Part shown: in pieces, positions 61,680 to 64,000 of the stretch
Numbering within the stretch: position 1 is the stretch's first letter
Layout: each line of letters opens with the position of its first letter
Origin: Paecilomyces variotii
Taxonomy: Eukaryota
DNA: 64,000 nucleotides
Strand: one strand, 5' to 3'
Assembly (NCBI GenBank): GCA_004022145.1
Contig: RCNU01000008.1
Position numbers and translations under genes: made by a program
The notes under the pieces: generated by a model
Database searches by the model: none
What the model was told of the DNA's origin: nothing
Seen by the model: only the letters and a program-made list of their open reading frames with translations

Positions 61680-62849
61680 ATGAGTTCCGTTGATGCTCTG
61701 CCACCAGCTGATTCTCCGGATCTCGTTCTCGTGCCTGCAACGCCGGAAGAACGCATCGAGGCTATACGGTTAAACAGTACTGCCTGGAAAGGACCTCTAG
61801 ACCTGCAGAAGTACATCGAACGCGAGAACCATTTGATGAGTCAAAAGCTCACCAGAGAGGGCGCACTAACCTGCTGGGTGTTGGTCGACAGCAGGCAGCC
61901 AGAGGGACAGAGGACGATCCTCAGCTCTTGTGAAACGTTCAAAAAGAAGGCACTGCTTGCATACGATGGGAAGGTTGAGGACATTCTGACGCACGGAATT
62001 GGTAGCGTCTACTGTCGTCCGGAATTCAGAGGAAAGGGGTACGCAAGTAGGATGATTCAGGAGTTGGGTAAGAGGCTTGAAACCTGGCAACTAGAAAACG
62101 AGACCAGAAAGAAGAGCGTTTTCTCTGTCTTGTTCTCGGACATCGGCAAAAGCTTCTATGCTCAGTATGGCTGGAAGCCTTTCCAATCCTCGCATATCTC
62201 TCTTGCGCCGATAACGAAGGATCAATATAACCAAGGAGTCCCAGGTACTAGCCTGCCTCCAGTCCGAGACCTCGTGTCTGAAGATATCAATCGCTGCATG
62301 TGTAGCGACGAGGTCATGCGGAAGGAACGCGAGCACCTGCGCAGAGCCTCAGAAAAGTCGCCAGGCGCAAAGGTGGCAATAACCCCAGATTACGATCATC
62401 TCGTCTGGCACTGGGCTCGTGAGGAGTTCTATGTGGAACAATTGTATAAGAAGGATCCACCCACAGTGAAAGGCACAGGTGTGGATGACCGAGGCGTATA
62501 CTGCGCCTGGACAAGGAATTTTGGGGACACGCCTGCTGAGAATGTTCTCTACATATTGCGATGGACGTATGACGAACCAGCCACTGCAGAAGCAGAGCAG
62601 GCAACCGCGGAAGCTATGGCTGCAGTTATGCGCCGGGCCCAGCTCGAAGCCAGCGAATGGAACATGGCTCGAGTGGACTTCTGGAATCCAACACCTCTGA
62701 TGCAGAAAGCAGCTACTATATTGGACCCTAGTGCTGAAGTCGTGCACCGAGAGAAGAGCAGCATTGCCAGTCTGAAGTGGAACGGTGCCGAACAGGGGCT
62801 GGGTGACCAGGTAGAGTGGTTTTGGAATGAGAAGTACAGCTGGTGCTAG
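61680..62849 (+). CDS. GNAT-family acetyltransferase, Lyc1-like (lysine N6-acetyltransferase family)
   Basis: ILSSCET, GIGSVYCRPEFRGKGYASRM (acetyl-CoA motif A), SVLFSDIGKSFYAQYGW and C-terminal NEKYSWC. Confidence 0.85.
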   Translation: MSSVDALPPADSPDLVLVPATPEERIEAIRLNSTAWKGPLDLQKYIERENHLMSQKLTREGALTCWVLVDSRQPEGQRTILSSCETFKKKALLAYDGKVEDILTHGIGSVYCRPEFRGKGYASRMIQELGKRLETWQLENETRKKSVFSVLFSDIGKSFYAQYGWKPFQSSHISLAPITKDQYNQGVPGTSLPPVRDLVSEDINRCMCSDEVMRKEREHLRRASEKSPGAKVAITPDYDHLVWHWAREEFYVEQLYKKDPPTVKGTGVDDRGVYCAWTRNFGDTPAENVLYILRWTYDEPATAEAEQATAEAMAAVMRRAQLEASEWNMARVDFWNPTPLMQKAATILDPSAEVVHREKSSIASLKWNGAEQGLGDQVEWFWNEKYSWC

Positions 62850-63023
62850 AGCCCTAGATCTTTATAGAATCCCGTTAGTTCAGTCTTCTGGATTCATCTC
62901 TTCAGACCGTACCCTATCAACAGGGGTCGTGGAGGTTGTTCCTACTTTACTTGATTCCATGCCAGTAACCAACAAATGCATCATTAGAAAACTCAACAAT
63001 TGAGTGTCCACATGAATTGAACA

Positions 63024-64000
63024 TCATTGCCGTCTTTGGCTTCGGAACCTTTCATGCCAGTTTCTTGAGTTTTTGGCCGTTGCAGCCCCAGCACCATTTA
63101 GTGCATTGCTCTTCATCTTTACCCGCTCAGCATAACTGACAAAGTATATCGTTGTAGGGTCAGTAGTTTTGTAAGAACCATCCTATAATATCTATTAGCA
63201 ATGTCATACGTAGCGGAAGAAGTGGAAGGAGACTTACTGTCAATGCTGACAGAGAGGCTTCGGACCTCCAAGACTCCGGTAAATGATCTTTCCAGGCATT
63301 CAAGAAGTCCGTTCGCACAGCAGCTGCACTTGCTGTTGGTGCCAACGCTTCCAGGTATGTTTCTCCCACCCACCGTGTGCAGACATCCTTGTCAAAATTT
63401 GCCCCTAGTATAGCAGAAAACACAGCATCAGCAAGCACGGCCCCTCTTAGATGTATGCGGGTAGAAAATTACTCACATTTCACTTCTGAACCGTCAGCTC
63501 CTGGCGACTCCAGCAGCCTTCTAAGAACAGCATCAAAAAGCGCACGAGGAAATGGCTCCTCATCACCCTCATCAAGGACTGCCTTCCAAAGATCCGCAGC
63601 TAGGAACTGCTTTTCCATGTCGATCCCCTGAAGCACAGAACCCTCGAGCATCCTCTTCCACACCGCCATCTTGACCCTCGCAGACGGCCGCCAGCACACG
63701 GCCTGATCATTTCCGGTATCGTCTCCATGCACGAATGCACATAACTCATCCCATCCACTTTGGCACTGAGCAGTAGAAACAGGTATATCGGCGAACAACT
63801 TCTCCTTCAACCTCCTCCTCTCTGCAGGCGTCATCTCTGTCCCGGCACTTCTCATTGAAACATCCCCATCCCAATTCAATCGATCATATAATCTCAGAGC
63901 CTTTTCTAGAAACGGTACTGCTGAAAATCCTCCTGGCGGCACGTGCAATTCCAATGTCGATCCACATTTCGCAACCGTCGTTACCGTCTCACTAAGATCC
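63024..64000 (-). CDS. DCC1: Sister chromatid cohesion protein Dcc1 (Ctf18-RFC subunit), 3' part; continues beyond the window
   Basis: ETVTTVAKCGSTLEL, IPVSTAQC..GW.ELCAF, FLNAWKDHLPESWR and terminal NWHERFRSQRRQ* at 63024; introns interrupt the two ORF pieces. Confidence 0.85.

Noticed and set aside
11024-64000. Apparent grouping of ubiquitin genes (UBA1, RING-TRAF, RBR) and chromosome-maintenance genes (GCP4, REV7, DCC1)
   Set aside because: They are widely spaced and interleaved with unrelated housekeeping genes; no evidence of a functional cluster.

Overview
Gene-dense, intron-containing DNA from a filamentous ascomycete (Eurotiales-like, e.g. an Aspergillus/Paecilomyces relative; inferred from protein sequences and short GT-AG introns with CTRAC/YTRAY branch points). 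It holds about 24 protein genes, mostly housekeeping: GILT-like thiol reductase, MFS (allantoate-permease family) transporter, mitochondrial SDR, gamma-tubulin complex GCP4, ubiquitin E1 UBA1, omega/ECM4-type GST, Ca-binding ATP-Mg/Pi carrier SAL1, cyclin C SSN8, SNARE SYN8, RING-TRAF protein, HET-C homologue, PhyH dioxygenase, a small Zn2Cys6 factor, importin-9/KAP114, REV7, an RBR E3 ligase, a GNAT acetyltransferase and the 3' part of DCC1. There is also a frameshifted APH-like phosphotransferase. I saw no convincing tRNA, rRNA, transposon or secondary-metabolite cluster. The most interesting signals are hidden isoform mechanisms in core genes: an AUG-less in-frame N-terminal extension of UBA1 that encodes an NLS-like segment, a 267-nt stop-free in-frame retainable intron in SAL1, leaky-scanning dual starts in the GST, and an overlapping uORF on REV7. 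A 9-mer (TACTCCGTA) also recurs in intergenic DNA. Exon structures were read by eye and are unverified by RNA data.
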